Assembly (NCBI GenBank): GCA_004431415.1
Contig: QPMI01000104.1
Coordinates: 292,457-356,456 of the forward strand
From: Cyanophora paradoxa CCMP329
Taxonomy: Eukaryota; Plantae; Glaucophyta
Reading direction: 5' to 3'
DNA length: 64,000 nucleotides
Shown piece by piece: positions 12,501 through 25,100 of the stretch; positions within the stretch are counted from its first letter, which is position 1, and every line of letters starts with the position of its first letter. A program made the translations under genes and the position numbers. The notes beneath the pieces were generated by a model that ran no database searches, had not been told where the DNA came from, and saw only the letters and a list, made by a program, of their open reading frames with translations.

Positions 12501-13849
12501 TACTCGCGGCTCGAGGTCTGCAATCGTGATTTTTTAAATAAGAGAAAGGTTTGCTTATCGCTATCTCCCTTTAAATTATCACTACCTTCTCTCTCAAACT
12601 CGGAACTTCTCTCACATGTCCATACGTGCCGAATGCAGAAACTTCTGGAGAAGTGCAGCGAAAAGAGCACCGGAGTGTTGGAGAGGATCTTCAAGGAGTG
12701 CAAGGAGCCGTACTTGTCCAAGGGCTCCCGCAGGCTGCTGCAGCTCCTCAAGGCTGAAGAGCCCGAGAACGCGCCCCTCTTCGCGTGCCTGTTCGGCGAT
12801 TTCCTGAGCAAGCTTCCGACTAGCCTCGTGAGCCAGCTGAAGGCACAGTACGCCAAGGTGCTGTCGAAGGGGACGGAGGCGGACCCACGGCCGGCCAGCA
12901 TCCAGGCCCTCCTGGAGAAGCGGCTGGCGCTTGACAAGCTTGAGTACCGGGGGCAGAAGGATGATTCGCCCCTCGTCAAGAAAATGGCATCGCGTATTCT
13001 GAAAGACACAAAGAAGTTCGCTCAATCCTTTTTCGTCTACTCTTCTTTGAGCTGATCTAATGGCTTTGCACCTTAGGACGCTGCAGGAGTCCATCAACCG
13101 GTACTTCGACATGGAGCTCCCGTCCAAGCTCGACAAGTTCATTGGCACGACACTGAAGGAGGCGTTCATTGGCACACTAAGGGCGGAGCTTGAGTACTAC
13201 CTTAAGAAAGCGATGGTAATTAAATATTGCAAACAATTACAACGACCAAGCTTCTTCTGGCTTTAATTTCCCTCGAGCTCGCTCTAATCATGATCCTCGC
13301 TGTGCAGAAGAAGAAGTTGAACTCGGAGCGATACAATGCGCTTCTGCAGGCCATGGCGGATCCCTGGCCGGGCAGCGAGAACACGAGCTACGAGAAGTCC
13401 ATCATCAACGTGTGCGACAAGGTCAGCGATGTTGTGTACGGTTGTGTACGGTCGCACGATGTCCGGTTAGAAGCTTAACTTGTCTCTACAGGTTGAAGGC
13501 GAGATCGCGAAGCAGTTCGGCAAGTTCAAAACCAGTATCCCTGAAGGATTCCGCGATATTGTTCTCGCTCGGGTTGAGGAGCTCGCGAACACGCGAAAGA
13601 ACCCCATCGCGGACGTGAACTCGGACATCGGCGCCAAGCGCAAGGTGATCATGGAGAGGCAGTGGCAGCACCTGATCAAGCTCCTTAATGTTGTTCTCGA
13701 GACTGCACAGAAGCATGATCTTGTGACGTACGTGAACATCGCTTTTTTGCATCCGATCGCGAGACGGCCGCAGTTGATTAATACGGCATCACAGGATCCA
13801 CGATCCTGTTTACGACGCCTTCCTCGACCTCCGAGCGCAGGGCACCTGA
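3587..13849 (+). CDS. Giant multidomain protein, copy 1 (kinase / TRADD-N-like / HeH / RAMA / pseudo-OTU / NUGGC-like dynamin GTPase); has an in-frame TAA at 12189-12191, so truncated or pseudogenised
   Basis: Spliced exons give LGDGCSGSVF, VAVK, IHCDVSTSN, LADSA, SDMYGVGTVALQMLTG (kinase); MLSQLIRKALVQVGDTLEL...TGAAWAKSVL (RAMA-like); VFLVGYTKSG|KSTLL, LLPAMDVNATT, WGLVKSAEFGVP, CDCVG (dynamin-like G1-G3). Ends ...DAFLDLRAQGT-TGA. Exon order matches copy 2. Confidence 0.8.
3895..4320 (+). repeat. Two tandem copies of a ~212-bp C-rich unit inside the long first intron of copy 1
   Basis: CTGCCACTCGCTTTCCTGTTCAGTGCACCTGATACCCC starts at 3905 and again at 4117, with poly-C tracts between. Confidence 0.9.
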
Positions 13850-14770
13850 TCATGAGCCCGATTCCTAACTCAACGTTTGACGTTTACTGGTCTAGCTAAG
13901 ATATCAATCTAGGATTCGAACAATTTTGACGATTATTTCGAGTCTCGGATGCGTCTCTACAAACTGTTTGCTTCTCTTGTATGTTTAACGCTTGGCTGCT
14001 TTCGGCTGCATCTCAGATATCGATGTAATTATAATATTGATATTTGATATTGCGATATCTAGATATTGAGTAGAAGAGATGTTTAGACCCCCTAATGTTT
14101 AGCTTGCCGAAGCGGATAATGTTTAGAAAACCACACGGCCCTGGGACGCGCGCGGGCCGCGGCCGGGCGCGTCACGGCGTATATACGTAGCGCCGTGGCG
14201 GGGCAGGGTCGTTACAGAGCCGGGGCTTATAATTATAGCTAGCATTATAGCTCAGCGGCTAGAGCGCAGTGAAGCGAAGAAGGATTTCGATTAAAATATT
14301 CGTCGAGCGTGATGCGAATTAGTGGGGAAGCGGGGGCGGGTCGCGGGGCGATGCTCCGGTATACGTAATCATGAGGGGCAGAGCGGATCGATATCATGCG
14401 AAGGGCGGGCTTCAAATTCGCACTCCGGTCCTTTTCAAGGCGTCTAGGGGCGGTGAAGGTCGACGAAATCACAGCCCCTCAGATTTTGGATACGTATACC
14501 GGACCGCGCCTAGGAGGAGGCCTAGCTTTATATATAGGCCTAGGAGCTGGGGGAGGCCTGAAAGGCCTAGGGTCGCAGGGGCTGATGCAGCACGTAATTG
14601 CAGCGGCCGAAGCTAATGAACACGCGGCAGCCTGGGGCGAACATGTACAGGCTCCAGATTCTAGCTAGAAGCGAATTCGAAGAAGCACATTCTACGAATC
14701 TATGAATCCATCGAAAATCTAGGAAAAGATCTATAGCTAGATATAATTGGCTGTCATCATGATCAGGACA

Positions 14771-17700
14771 CTACGCGGCCTCTTGACTCAGTGAAGCCGG
14801 ACGGCCGCGGGTGGGCGGCGGCGGCGGGGCGGCGGCGGCGCCAGGAGAAGCAGCGCTAGCAGGCTCCGCCCCCGCGGTGCCGGCGGCGACGACGCCCCCG
14901 CGCAGCAGCGAAGCGGAGGAGGAGGTCGTCGACCGGGAGGCGGAGCGCAGGGGCGGGGGCGGAGGCCGCGCGCGGGGCGACGCGGCGTCCGCCCCTCGCA
15001 GGGGCGGGGCTGAAGAGGCGAAGGCTGAGGGCAGGGGGTGGGGGCGGGCCCCGGGGCCGGCACCCGGGCCGGCCTCGAGGCTCGCCAGGGCGGCCTCGCG
15101 CTCCATGCGGTCCTTCGCCAGGCGCCTGGGGAGGAGGGCGGGGGCCGAAGCCGCGCAGAAGGTCAGGCACGTCCTCACTGATGAGAAGAGAAGGATGAGG
15201 CGGGGCGGGGCTGGGCAGAGAGCTAGCCCCGATGCCTCCGGTGTTCCAAGCTAGAGCACTGGAGCACTAAGAAGCGCTGGGGCTCCCCGGACGGGGCGCC
15301 GCTCACCTGACGTAGAGCTTGCCGCCGACGGCGAGGATGGCGAGCGCCGCCACCCCGCCCAGCGTCCCCAGGATCGCCGTCCTGCTCCAAGTCAGTTTGA
15401 TCGCAAACCGAGCGATCAGATCTAAAGTAAAGGAAGGGAGGAGGCTCGAGCTTGGGGGCGAGGGGGCGGGCGCGCCGCTGGATGGGGCCGGTGTCGGCAC
15501 GGGCGGCGGCCTCCTCGGCGGCCGCCCGCTCCCGCTGCGCCGCCGCCGCCTCCGCCCGCTTCCGCTCCGCGTACCTGCCGCCGAGCGCGAGGCTTAGGCT
15601 TGAGAGACACGCCGAGCAACATGAAGATTAACATCTAATTGAAGACTACTCGAAGCTTGAGTTCTGCGGAGGCGAGCGGAGCGAGGGGGCGGCGCACGGG
15701 TCGGGGAAATCGAACTGCGTCTCCCCCGGCTTCGGCAGCGGCGGCAGCTCTGCTCAGGCCTCATGATCAGTTGACGTAGGCTGACAGAGGGCTTGTTAGG
15801 GGTCTTAGTTAGGCAAGGCTGACAGAAAGTATGTTAAGCCTTATAGTTAGGGATCTTAGTCAAGGTCTCAGGCCCGCCCCGCCTCGCACCGCGGGGGAGG
15901 ACGTGGAGTCCGAGGGCGAGCGGGGCGGCCGCCCGCAGCGGCTCCTGCCCGTACAGCGCGTACACGTCGAACCTGGGCGGGCGAGCGATCGGCGAGCAGT
16001 GGTTAAGCAGCTGCAAGGAGCGCGCGCACGAGATGTAGCCGGGAAAGAGCGTAGAGTTCGCGACGTTGCTGCGGACGGAGGGGGGCGTCAGCGGGGGGTA
16101 TGCGGGGTGGGACATCGTAGCCTAGGGTTAGTGGAGGGGGAGGGGGGGAGGGGGGGTACGGGGCACCGGAAGCTCATGTCGACGCCGCCCTCGCTCAGCT
16201 GCGACTTCACCCCGTCCGCCACTGCGCCCGGCGGCATGAGCCTACGACAAGAGAGAGGGAAGCGAAGTCACGGGGAGCACCGTCGGAGGACCAGAGCTGG
16301 GGCTGGGCCTGCTTGTCCCCCACCCGGCCCCGCCGCCCCTGCGCGAACTGCGCACGTACCCCTGCCGATGAGACTGCTGCTGGACGGGCCGGCCGGGCCC
16401 CCCACCGGCCCTCACCGGGGCGCCCTCGCGGACGTAGATCGAGAGCTGGAGCCACTGTACCCCCGGGTCCAGCTGCACGGCCGGCACCAGGGGTCCACCG
16501 TCCGCCCACTCGCAGCGGAACGACTGCGCCGAAATGCCGACGAATCAGATGAATCAGATTGGGTCGGGAGGGGGGTACGCGGTTCGTGCACGTCGCAGTC
16601 CGCCGGGCGATCCGGGTCCACGACGGTCCTATGAGCAGTCAGGGTCGGGGTCGTTGAGGACAGATGGGGAGGGGGGTACGCACTTGCAGTGCGGGGGTAG
16701 CATGCCCAGGCAGACGCCGTCCTCATTGAGACCCGAAGTGAGCTCGTCCCTGGATCGCCGGCCTGCGGGGTGGGTCGGGTTAGGGGGGCACGCGTTCGGA
16801 TGGGATGAGGGGGGTACGGGGGTACGCGCCTCGGATGGAGAAGAGCGGCCCGCTGCGGAGGGAGAGTGAGCAGCCGGGCGTCGCCGCAATCCTTGGGGGA
16901 TGAGAAAGGAAGGGTACCGCGTTCGGTTCTGGGGGGCGCCGCTTTTGATGATGGCAAAGTAGTATCCCCCCGCCGACGGAACCCACTCGGGGACCTGAAG
17001 GCGCCGGGTTTGAGGCGGAGGATTGCTCGAAACAAGGGTATCCCCACCTTGTAATCGGGGTACAGCTCGTTGTCCGGCGCCTGCGCAGAATTCAAGCAGC
17101 CGAGAGAGGACGGACAGCTAAGATCTACAAACTACTATAACTGCGCGCCTCGACGGAGACCAGGTGGTACACTGCGAGCGCCTCTACCGTCAGAAAGAGA
17201 GGTGGGCGGTAAAGGGAAACGGGGTACCGTGGTCGGGCCAGTCGCTCTCCTCCCGCAGCAGGACAATCGTGACGAGCGCGCCGGGGATAGGCCCCTCCTG
17301 CGCGCGCCGCGCGCTGAGCCCGTCGCGTCCGATCGAACGGAGTCGCGGAGACAAGGCTCCCACCTTGTTCCGCCACGCGATGCGCTGCGGCGACTGCGAG
17401 CCGTACTCGAAGGTCCTGAGAACGCGCGGACGCCCGCGGCCGGCAGTTACTCGGACGCGGCAGGCGCAGGCGTTGCAGCTGCCCCGCAGAGACGCACGTA
17501 TCTGGACGCGGGAACTGTATGTACACTTCGTCTGCCGCGGGGATCAGCTCTAGCGGGCGGCAGTCACAAGGACGCGGGCCGGGGAGAGCCGGACCTTTGC
17601 AGTTCGCCATCTCGGCGATAGGAGCGCACTCCGCTGCACTGTCGTTCGCCGGCAAGCCTGCAGCCGGCGCGCAGGTACGGGAGCAGGGAGACCAGGCGCA

Positions 17701-17814
17701 TCCCGCGAAACTCCCCGCGCAGGAGGAGCAGGTCGAGTTGTGGAACGCAGCGCAGAACGCCGCGCCGTCTCCGAGGACCGCGGGCAGCAGCGCAAGCAGG
17801 AGAAGGACCCGCAT
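14771..17814 (-). CDS. Type I membrane protein: signal peptide, Cys-rich PSI-like domain, single TM helix, low-complexity tail
   Basis: MRVLLLLALLPAVLG signal peptide; CAAFHNSTCSSCAGSFAGCAWSPCSRTC fits the PSI pattern; TM AILGTLGGVAALAILAVGG followed by KLYVRRLAK. Exact 3' end uncertain. Confidence 0.7.
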
Positions 17815-18003
17815 TGTTCCGTGACGTGTACTCCCCCCGCGAGTCCTCCCCCCATCAAAGACTTCGTTTCGCAAGCAACTCGTCGTTCCCGGCTAGCACA
17901 GCGCTAGAGTGACACGGTGACACCGCGACCGTCGGACCCTCATGTGCACCGCGAGCGCACCAATTTGGCGCCCTTCGAAGTAAGCCCTGGCGGGGCCGGG
18001 GCC

Positions 18004-19230
18004 ATGGCGGCTCACGACGCCGCTCTCACAATCCAGGTCCGCACCGCCCAGCGCCTTCGGGGCCTTTGCCGCGTCCGGTTGACGCTTCTGAGCAATCGCG
18101 CACGCCGCAGATCGAAGGGGATACGCATCCACTCGGCGATGTCCCTGTCCGCGACGGTGACACGCTTGCTACTGTGAGAAAGGTCCGCCTGCTTTGCGCG
18201 GCCAGCGGTGCTCTCGAAAGATGTGCCAGCCGCGCACCGCCGCGGCGGCGCTCGCGGCCGCAGCGCCGAATCTAATCGCGCCTCCGCAGGCGGTATGGAC
18301 AGGATTCACGAAGCTCCCGGCTGGCTTCGACTTTCGGTTCTTGATTCGCATCTCTGGGCGTTTGACTGCGGTTGGCATCAAGGATGAGAAGCAGATCTCG
18401 GCGAAGCAGCTGCTGCCCGGGGTTCGCGGCCCTTCCGCAGGCCCTTCTCTCGACTAGGACCGACGAGCGCGGCACGCGCAGGTTCTCATTCGTCGGGCTG
18501 ACCTCTGCGCTGCGGGCCTCCAGGCTCATCCAGGTCCGCCCCCGCCCCGCGGAGGCTGCCGCCCGCTCGCGGCTGACCGCCCGCGCGCCAGCGCCGGCGC
18601 CGGTCGCGCACGCGCACGACGCCGCCGCAGCCGCCGCCGACGCGTCGGGCATGCCGCGCGTGTTCGTCACCTACGCGGCCGAGGACCTCGCCGCCGCCAC
18701 GCGCGTCTGCGAGTACCTCTCCACGGCGGGCTACACCTGCAAGTGCGCCCGCCGCCCTCCCGCCCCCTTCCTTCCGACCGCCTGATTTATCCTCGCAGGA
18801 TGACGGTGCCGAACGCGCGGTACCGCTTCGAGAAGGCGATGCGCGGCAGCGACCTGGTCGTCCTCTTCGCCTCGCCCTTCTCCGGCAAGTCCGAGCACGT
18901 CCTCGAGGAGGTCTTCTACGCCCGCGAGCTCCGCAAGGTCCGCACGCGCGCGGCTCCCGGGCTCCGGGGCCGGCGTCGACGGTACCCCTCCCTCAGATGG
19001 TCTTCACGGCGTTCCTGGCGCCCCAGAAGCAGTGCGGGCTCCACCCCGTCGTCCGCAAGGCCGTCAGCCCTATCTACAGGCGCGCCCCTCCCCTCCAGGA
19101 AGAGAGAAGGCCGAGCGGCTGACGCCCGGCGCGCAGCGTGGACTTCCCCGAGGGGCAGGAGCTGGAGGCGCCGCCCTTTCTGCTCGCCTGCAAGCGCCTC
19201 GCCAACGGCATGAAGCTCGCCCTCCGATGA
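18004..19230 (+). CDS. Small protein with an N-terminal ubiquitin-like-looking region and a C-terminal TIR (TIR_2-type) domain
   Basis: Spliced: MAAHDAALTIQIEGDTHPLGDVPVRDGDTLATVRKAVW...FDFRFL; then RVFVTYAAEDLAAATRVCEYLSTAGY...FEKAMRGSDLVVLFASPFSGKSEHVLEEVFYARELRK. TGA at 19228-19230. Confidence 0.8.
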
Positions 19231-19481
19231 GGGCCGCCCGCCGCCGCCGCCGCCGCGACGCCCGCTTAAAAACGCTGTGATTATAACTAGTTGTATCTGC
19301 GTCTTCTGCTTCTTCTTTGAAACCGAGGTGTATTCCCCCCCTTTCAATCATAGCCTAGTAGTGTACCCAGCAGCTGCTTTGTGCGCTTCGCGTGTACTTG
19401 CAAACGGCTGCATATTGAACGCTGACAAACCCCGCGGCCCTAACGCGCGGGGTACTACTGCGCTGCCAACGGGCCAAGCCA

Positions 19482-21817
19482 CTAGCCGTCGAACGAGGAG
19501 CGGCGGGAGGAGTCCGGTGCGGTTGCGGCGCCGGCGCCGGGGGCGCCGACGGACTGCTTGAAGAGGGAGGCCGCGAACTCGCGGCTGCGCGGGTCGTGCA
19601 GGTTGAGGGTCCCGCTCCAGAGGCGCGAGGCGTAGTCCCGCTTCTGCTCCTCCTCGGCGTCCTCGGGGGAGAGGGAGAGCGCCGAGAAGCGCTCGGCCGC
19701 CGAGTCGGCGCGGTAGGGGACGTACCCCCGCGGCGAGGCGCTGGCGGAGGAGGTGGCGGAGGGGGCGGAGGAGGCGGAGGAGGCGGGCGCCGCGATCGAG
19801 GGCGAGCGGCTCGGCGGCTGGCTTGAGGGCGGCGAGGAGGAGGGCGGGCGGGCGCCCCCCGGCGAGGGCGAGGGGGAGGGCGAGGGCCTCTGCTGCGGCG
19901 GCTGCGCCGCGGCGGCGGCGGCGGCGGCGCGGGCGCGCTGCTGCTGGGCCTGGGCCTGGGCCTGGCCGGCCTTCTGCGCGGCGGCGGCCTGCGCGGCGGC
20001 GCGCTTCTCCTCGCGCTTCTCCTCGGCCTTGTTGATCTCCTTGAGGACGTCGGGCGGGGGCGCCCAGAAGCGGCGGTCGACCTCGAGGGGGCGAGCCGGC
20101 CCCGTCCCCGTGTGCGGCAGCTCCACCGCCAGGCGCTCGAGGAAGGCGAGGATGGGCCGCCCCACCGCGTCCGGGTGGAAGTCGTTGTGGTCCGTCCCTG
20201 CCACATCCAAGTTAGTTAAAGGACGCTGGAGGCGTTAAGAGGTTTATGTTTGTTTGTTTGCTTGCTCGCCCTGGATGATCTTGAGCTCCTTGACCTTGGC
20301 CGGGCTCCGCTCGAAGAGCTTCTCCGAGTGCGAGGGGGGGATGAGCGAGTCCTTCGAGCCGTGGATGAACAGCGACGGGCACTTCACTTTCACGATCTGG
20401 ATGGACGGCCGCGCCGCGGGTCAGCGGGCGGGCCTTCCTTCCCGAGCCACAGGGGGGCGCGGGCGTGCCTTCTTCTTGTTCTCGAAGCGGTTGGGGAGCA
20501 TGTAGCCGAAGGCCGTCCCCAGCAGGTGCTTGATCACCGAGTTGATCGAGCTGCGGGGGGGGCCGCGGCGTCCGGCGTCAGGGAGGGAGGCGGCGCGGGC
20601 GGCGCGGGCGGCCGGCGCTCGCGCGGGGGCGCGCCTGTAAGGGGACATGAGGACGAGGCCGGCTGCGGGCCGCTTGGAGCAGATGCGCGTCGAGGGGCCT
20701 GTCCCGATCGAGCGCCCGAACCATATGATCTGAGGGGCGGGCGGGTCAGGCGGCGGGGCGGGGCGGGGCGGCTGGGGCGGCTCGCCTCTTCCTCTGCGAA
20801 ACCGAGCTCCTTCGTGATGAACTCGTGCACTGCGGGGCGCGGCTCGGGGCGCGGAGGGGCGGGGCGCGGTGGGCGGGCGCGGCGCGGCGGGGAGCGCGGA
20901 CCGTCCTCAATGGCCGCGTTCACGCTCTGCTCGAAGGGCTTCCCGGGGCTCACGCCTGCGGGGCGGCGACGCTCGGCTCGGCGCCGCGCGAGGGGCCAGA
21001 GGGACGACGGGGCGGAAGCGGCGCTGCGCACCGTATCCAGGGTATCTGAGTTTGCACCGCTTCGCGTCAGCGGCGGCGGCGGGGCGGCGGCAGGGCCGCT
21101 GGGCGCTCACTCGACGGCCATGATGTGAACTTTGACGATGCGCTGCACCATCTGGAGGAAGGGCCGCGAGTAGCCGATGTCCTCGGCGTTCTGGGGGCGG
21201 GCGGGCGCCGCTCGGCGTCAGCAACAGCGAGGAGCTCACAGCGGGTCGCCCCGGGCAGCGGCCTTCGCGCTCTCCCCCTTCCGATCGAGCGCTAGCGCAC
21301 GCACCGCGTGGCAGTAGACCTGCGCAAGAGTCAGTGCTCGCTCCGCTTGCGAGCAACGCATGGGCAGCGGGGTCGGACCATAACGTGCTTTGCGCCGTAC
21401 GGCCACGGCAGTACGAGGCATGCCGTGCTCCTGTTCTTCCAGAAACGCGAGGGAATCCATACGAGCTGCGCGAGCAGGCCCGATCGGGAGGGACGGGAGC
21501 GCGGGTAAGCGAACTCAGCGCGGGGCAGCTCGGCGGGCGGGCAGCGGACCTCGCCCTCCTTGTACTTCGTGAGGTTGTAGGATGGTGGGGGCGCTGGGAA
21601 CAGGAACCTGCGTGGCCGGGGGGTCGCTCGGGAGCCGCACTACGCGGCCGGGCGAGCAGACCAGTTCACTGGGCTGACGCTGTCGATGAGACCGCTCACG
21701 GTCGTCGTCGCGGAGCTCAGGCCCTTTAGCAGGACTGCGCGACTCTCGCGTCAGCCCAGAAGTCCGAGATCGCGGTCAGAAGGTTGCCTAGGTGTCGGCA
21801 ATGTGCGCACAGGCCAT
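19482..21817 (-). CDS. ABHD17/ABHD13-like alpha/beta hydrolase with a low-complexity C-terminal extension
   Basis: Spliced: FLFPAPPPSY, LVWIP, VYCH..EDIG, YPGYG, WFGRSIGTGPS (Ser nucleophile), LFIHGSKDSLIPPSHS (Asp), GTDHNDF (His). Confidence 0.88.
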
Positions 21818-22163
21818 CGTGCCTCCGCCTGGGCCTCCAACGCTCTCCTCAGACCCACACGGGGGGGTACTACCAGAGACGGCCCAAACCTCTGATCGGC
21901 CTCCCCGCACTAGCTACCAGCCCCGAGGCGCCTCAGGAGCGCCCGAACGCGTATCAGCGGCGAGCTTATGCCGCGGATGCAGTCTCCGAGTGGAACGCCA
22001 TCGAACTGGCTCTCGAGTTTCGTCTAGCTCAGCGACGCGAGGCGTAGCCATTCTCCAGAGGCTCTAGGCGCAGCCGATATTGACCGGCTGCGCCGCGCAG
22101 CAGCAGCGGCGGCAGCAGCAGCGGGCGGGAGCGCGCACGACACGCCCGGCATCTAGAGCCGAG

Positions 22164-25100
22164 ATGAAGACGGTTTCGATCGCGTTTCGGAGGACGTTCG
22201 CGAGGGACGCGTACCGCCCTCGACCCGCGCTACGCCTGAACGCGGCCATCGCCGGCTGCGCCAAGACGTCCTTGGGGCCCGCCTCGCTGGCGAACCTGGG
22301 CGGGGCGGGGCAAGGCGGGCGCGCGTGGATCGCCGTGTACGGCGGGACGGCGCTGGACGGGCGCGCCCTCGACGACCTCTGGCTCTTCGAGGTGGGCACG
22401 AGCGCCTGGCGCGGGATCGAGCGGCCGCGGGGCCCCGGCGGCGCAGCCCCCTGGCCCCCGCCCCTCCGCGACGCATCCATGGTACCCCGCGCCGCCGCGC
22501 GCCGCCCCCGCGCGCCCGTAGAGCCTCGCGCAGGTCTTTGCGGCCGGGGCGCTCTGGCTCTGGGGAGGGCCCCCGGCGGAGGCGGCCGCCGGCGGCGGAG
22601 GCGGGGGCGAGGCGGGTGGCTCCCTCTGGAGGTACGACAACCGGCGCCGCGCTCAGCGGCTTCGCCCCGCGCCGCGCGCCTCGACGAAAGCGGCCCCGCA
22701 GGCTCGAGGTGGGTACCTGGCGCTGGTCCCGGGTACAGGCCGACGGTCCCGAGCCACCCGCGCGCCCGGGGTCCCTCCTGCTTCACGACCACACGCGGTG
22801 CGGCGGTACCCTTCCTCGCTCCCGCCCCCCGCCGACGCGGCGGCGCGCAGGGGCCGCCTGCTTGTGTTTGGGGGCGCCGGCTCGGCTGACCTCTCCTTCT
22901 TCTCGCTGGAAGAGAGGCGCGCCCGTCCACGCTGCGCTCCCGCCGGCCGGACCGGACCCCGCTGAGGGGTGCAGCAGGTCCTGGCGCGCCGCCGCGGTCC
23001 GAGGGGACTGGCCCGAGCCAACCGCCAGCGCCGCCGGCTGGTGCGCGCACGTACCCCCCTCCCGCCCCGCACCCCCGAGCAACCCGCCCGCAGGGTCAGC
23101 CAGGACGGCTTTGCTATGGCGGTCTTCGGGGGGAACCGCGAGGGGGGTACGGCCCGCGAGCCGGGTACGTACACCGCCAAGGGGCGCGACTCGGCCCCGG
23201 GCCCCGCCGCTGAGGGGTACGGCAGTGCCGGTGGGGGATACGTGGCTTTACCTCTTCGAGGAGGTGCGCTGGGTACGGCTGCCGGCCCCCGCGATGGGCG
23301 GCCCCGGCGCCCTCGACGGCGCCGCCGCCGGTACCCTCGCCGGCGTCCACGTCCTCTTCGTGCGCCGTACCCCCTCCCCGATCTCTTCCCCCCGCCCCGC
23401 CGCTGACCCGGGTACAGGGCGGGCACGGCCCGAACGAGACGTATACGCCGCGGTGCCTGGCGTTCGACTTCGGCCCGGCGCTGGAGTACGCGAGGTCGGG
23501 GGCGGGGGGCGACGAGGCGCGCTGGTGGCAGGCGCTGCAGGCGCGGGGCGCGCCCTCGCGCCGCTCCCAGGCCGCGCTGGTCTCCCTCCCCGGATCCAAC
23601 CAGCACTTCGTCGTCGGGGGGCGGGCCTACCGGTGCGTCCCGGCGGGCCGCCCTGGCTCAGATCTCACCCCTCAGATCTCATTTGAGCGCGGGGGCGGGG
23701 GCGGGGGCGGGGGCGTCGCAGGCAGTCGCAGGCGATCTCCTTCATCGAGGAGGTCTACTCGGTAAGGCCGCCTGCGCGCTAGCTATACAGCCAGTTAACT
23801 GTAAAGGGTCGAAAGCTCACTGCTCTAGATCTGCTTTATATTCTTGCCGCCTCTGACTCCGCCTCCCCGCCAGGTGGGCCTCTCGGGCATCCCGCTGGCC
23901 CCCGCCAGCCGCGCCTCCTTCTCCGGCTCCCTCGCCGGCGCCGCCGGCCTCCTCCTCCCCAGCGCCCTCGCCCCCGCCCCCGCCCCCGCCCCCGCCCCCG
24001 GCCCCGCCCCCTCCACTTTCTCCTCCTCGGAGCCCCCCGAAGCGCCGATGTCGCCCCTCTCGCGGGTGCGCGCCGCGTCTTCGGGCGGCGGCGGGAGCAA
24101 GCCCGGGACCTGGGGCCGCCGCGCCGCCGGCGCCGCCGCCGCCTCGGCAGCCGGCGGCGCCGCTGCGGTTCCACCCGCGTCTCCCTCGAGGGCCGCTCCG
24201 CGCTCGGCTCCGGGGCGGGCCGGGCCGGGGCCGCGCCCCCGGGCTCCTCCGGCTCCGTACCCCCCGCCGCGCCGCTGGAGGCGCCCGGGGCCCCGCCCCG
24301 CGCTCCGGCGCGTCGTTCTCGGAGCAGGTGCGCTTGCGCACTCTGCGGAGCGCCTCGCAGCCTCCTCTGATTCCCGCCGCCGGGCAGCTGGCTAGCGCGC
24401 TGGAGGAGCTGGCGAGCCGCCCGGAGGGCCCCGCGCCGCTCCGAGGGGCGCGGGCGGCTTCGCCCCTCGAGGAGGCCGAGCAGCCGCAGGGGCGCGATCG
24501 CGAGGCGGCGCCCGTGGGACCCGAGGCCGCCCTCGCCGAGCTCGAGCGGGTCCGCGCGCCTCCGCCGGGCCGTTCGTCCACTCCGCCGTCTCGCTCAGCT
24601 TTCCGCCTTCACAACGCAGCGGGGCCAGGAGTGCATGCAGCGGGGCGACCTGGCGAGGGCCGAGGCCCTCTTCCGAGTGCGCCCTCTTACTCGCTCACCG
24701 CCTCACTGAAACTTAGCAGCGGCTCATGTCTTCCTCGCCTCCGGTCCGCAGCGTGCGCTGGCGGCGAGCGAGGCGGAGCTCGGGCCGCAGCACCCCCGCA
24801 CCGCCTTCAGGCGCGCCCCCTGCCCGCCATGTCCTTCCCCTTTCCACCCCTCTCACGCCCCCCCGCAGCCTGCAGAGACTGGCGGACGCGTGCGCCGGCC
24901 GCGGCCTCCACGACGAGGCGGAGGCCCTCCTCGAGGCGCGCCCTCTTGAGCATTCAAATTTGAAGACCTTTAGCATCTTCTTCTTATCATGATCCTGATC
25001 CTAAGATCTTTAGTTATGATTTTACGATCTTACGCACCCGCTTTCATTACCAAATCTCTGCTTAGATATTGCTTTAAAGCCCCTCTAAGAATACGATTAG

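Noticed and set aside
541-14143. Left arm as one giant hAT-like element (TAGGGTT... to ...CCACACGGCCCTG)
   Set aside because: The ends match only over ~4 nt, the flanking 8-mers (GTAGTAGC vs GGACGCGC) are not a TSD, and no transposase is present.
14247-14300. tRNA-like start TAGCTCAGCGGCTAGAGCGC
   Set aside because: Resembles a D-arm/A-box, but no anticodon arm, GTTCRA T-loop or acceptor stem follows.
14245-14472. hAT dimerisation-domain remnant (LRMISIRSAP)
   Set aside because: Similarity is limited to a few residues and the ERxFS motif is absent.
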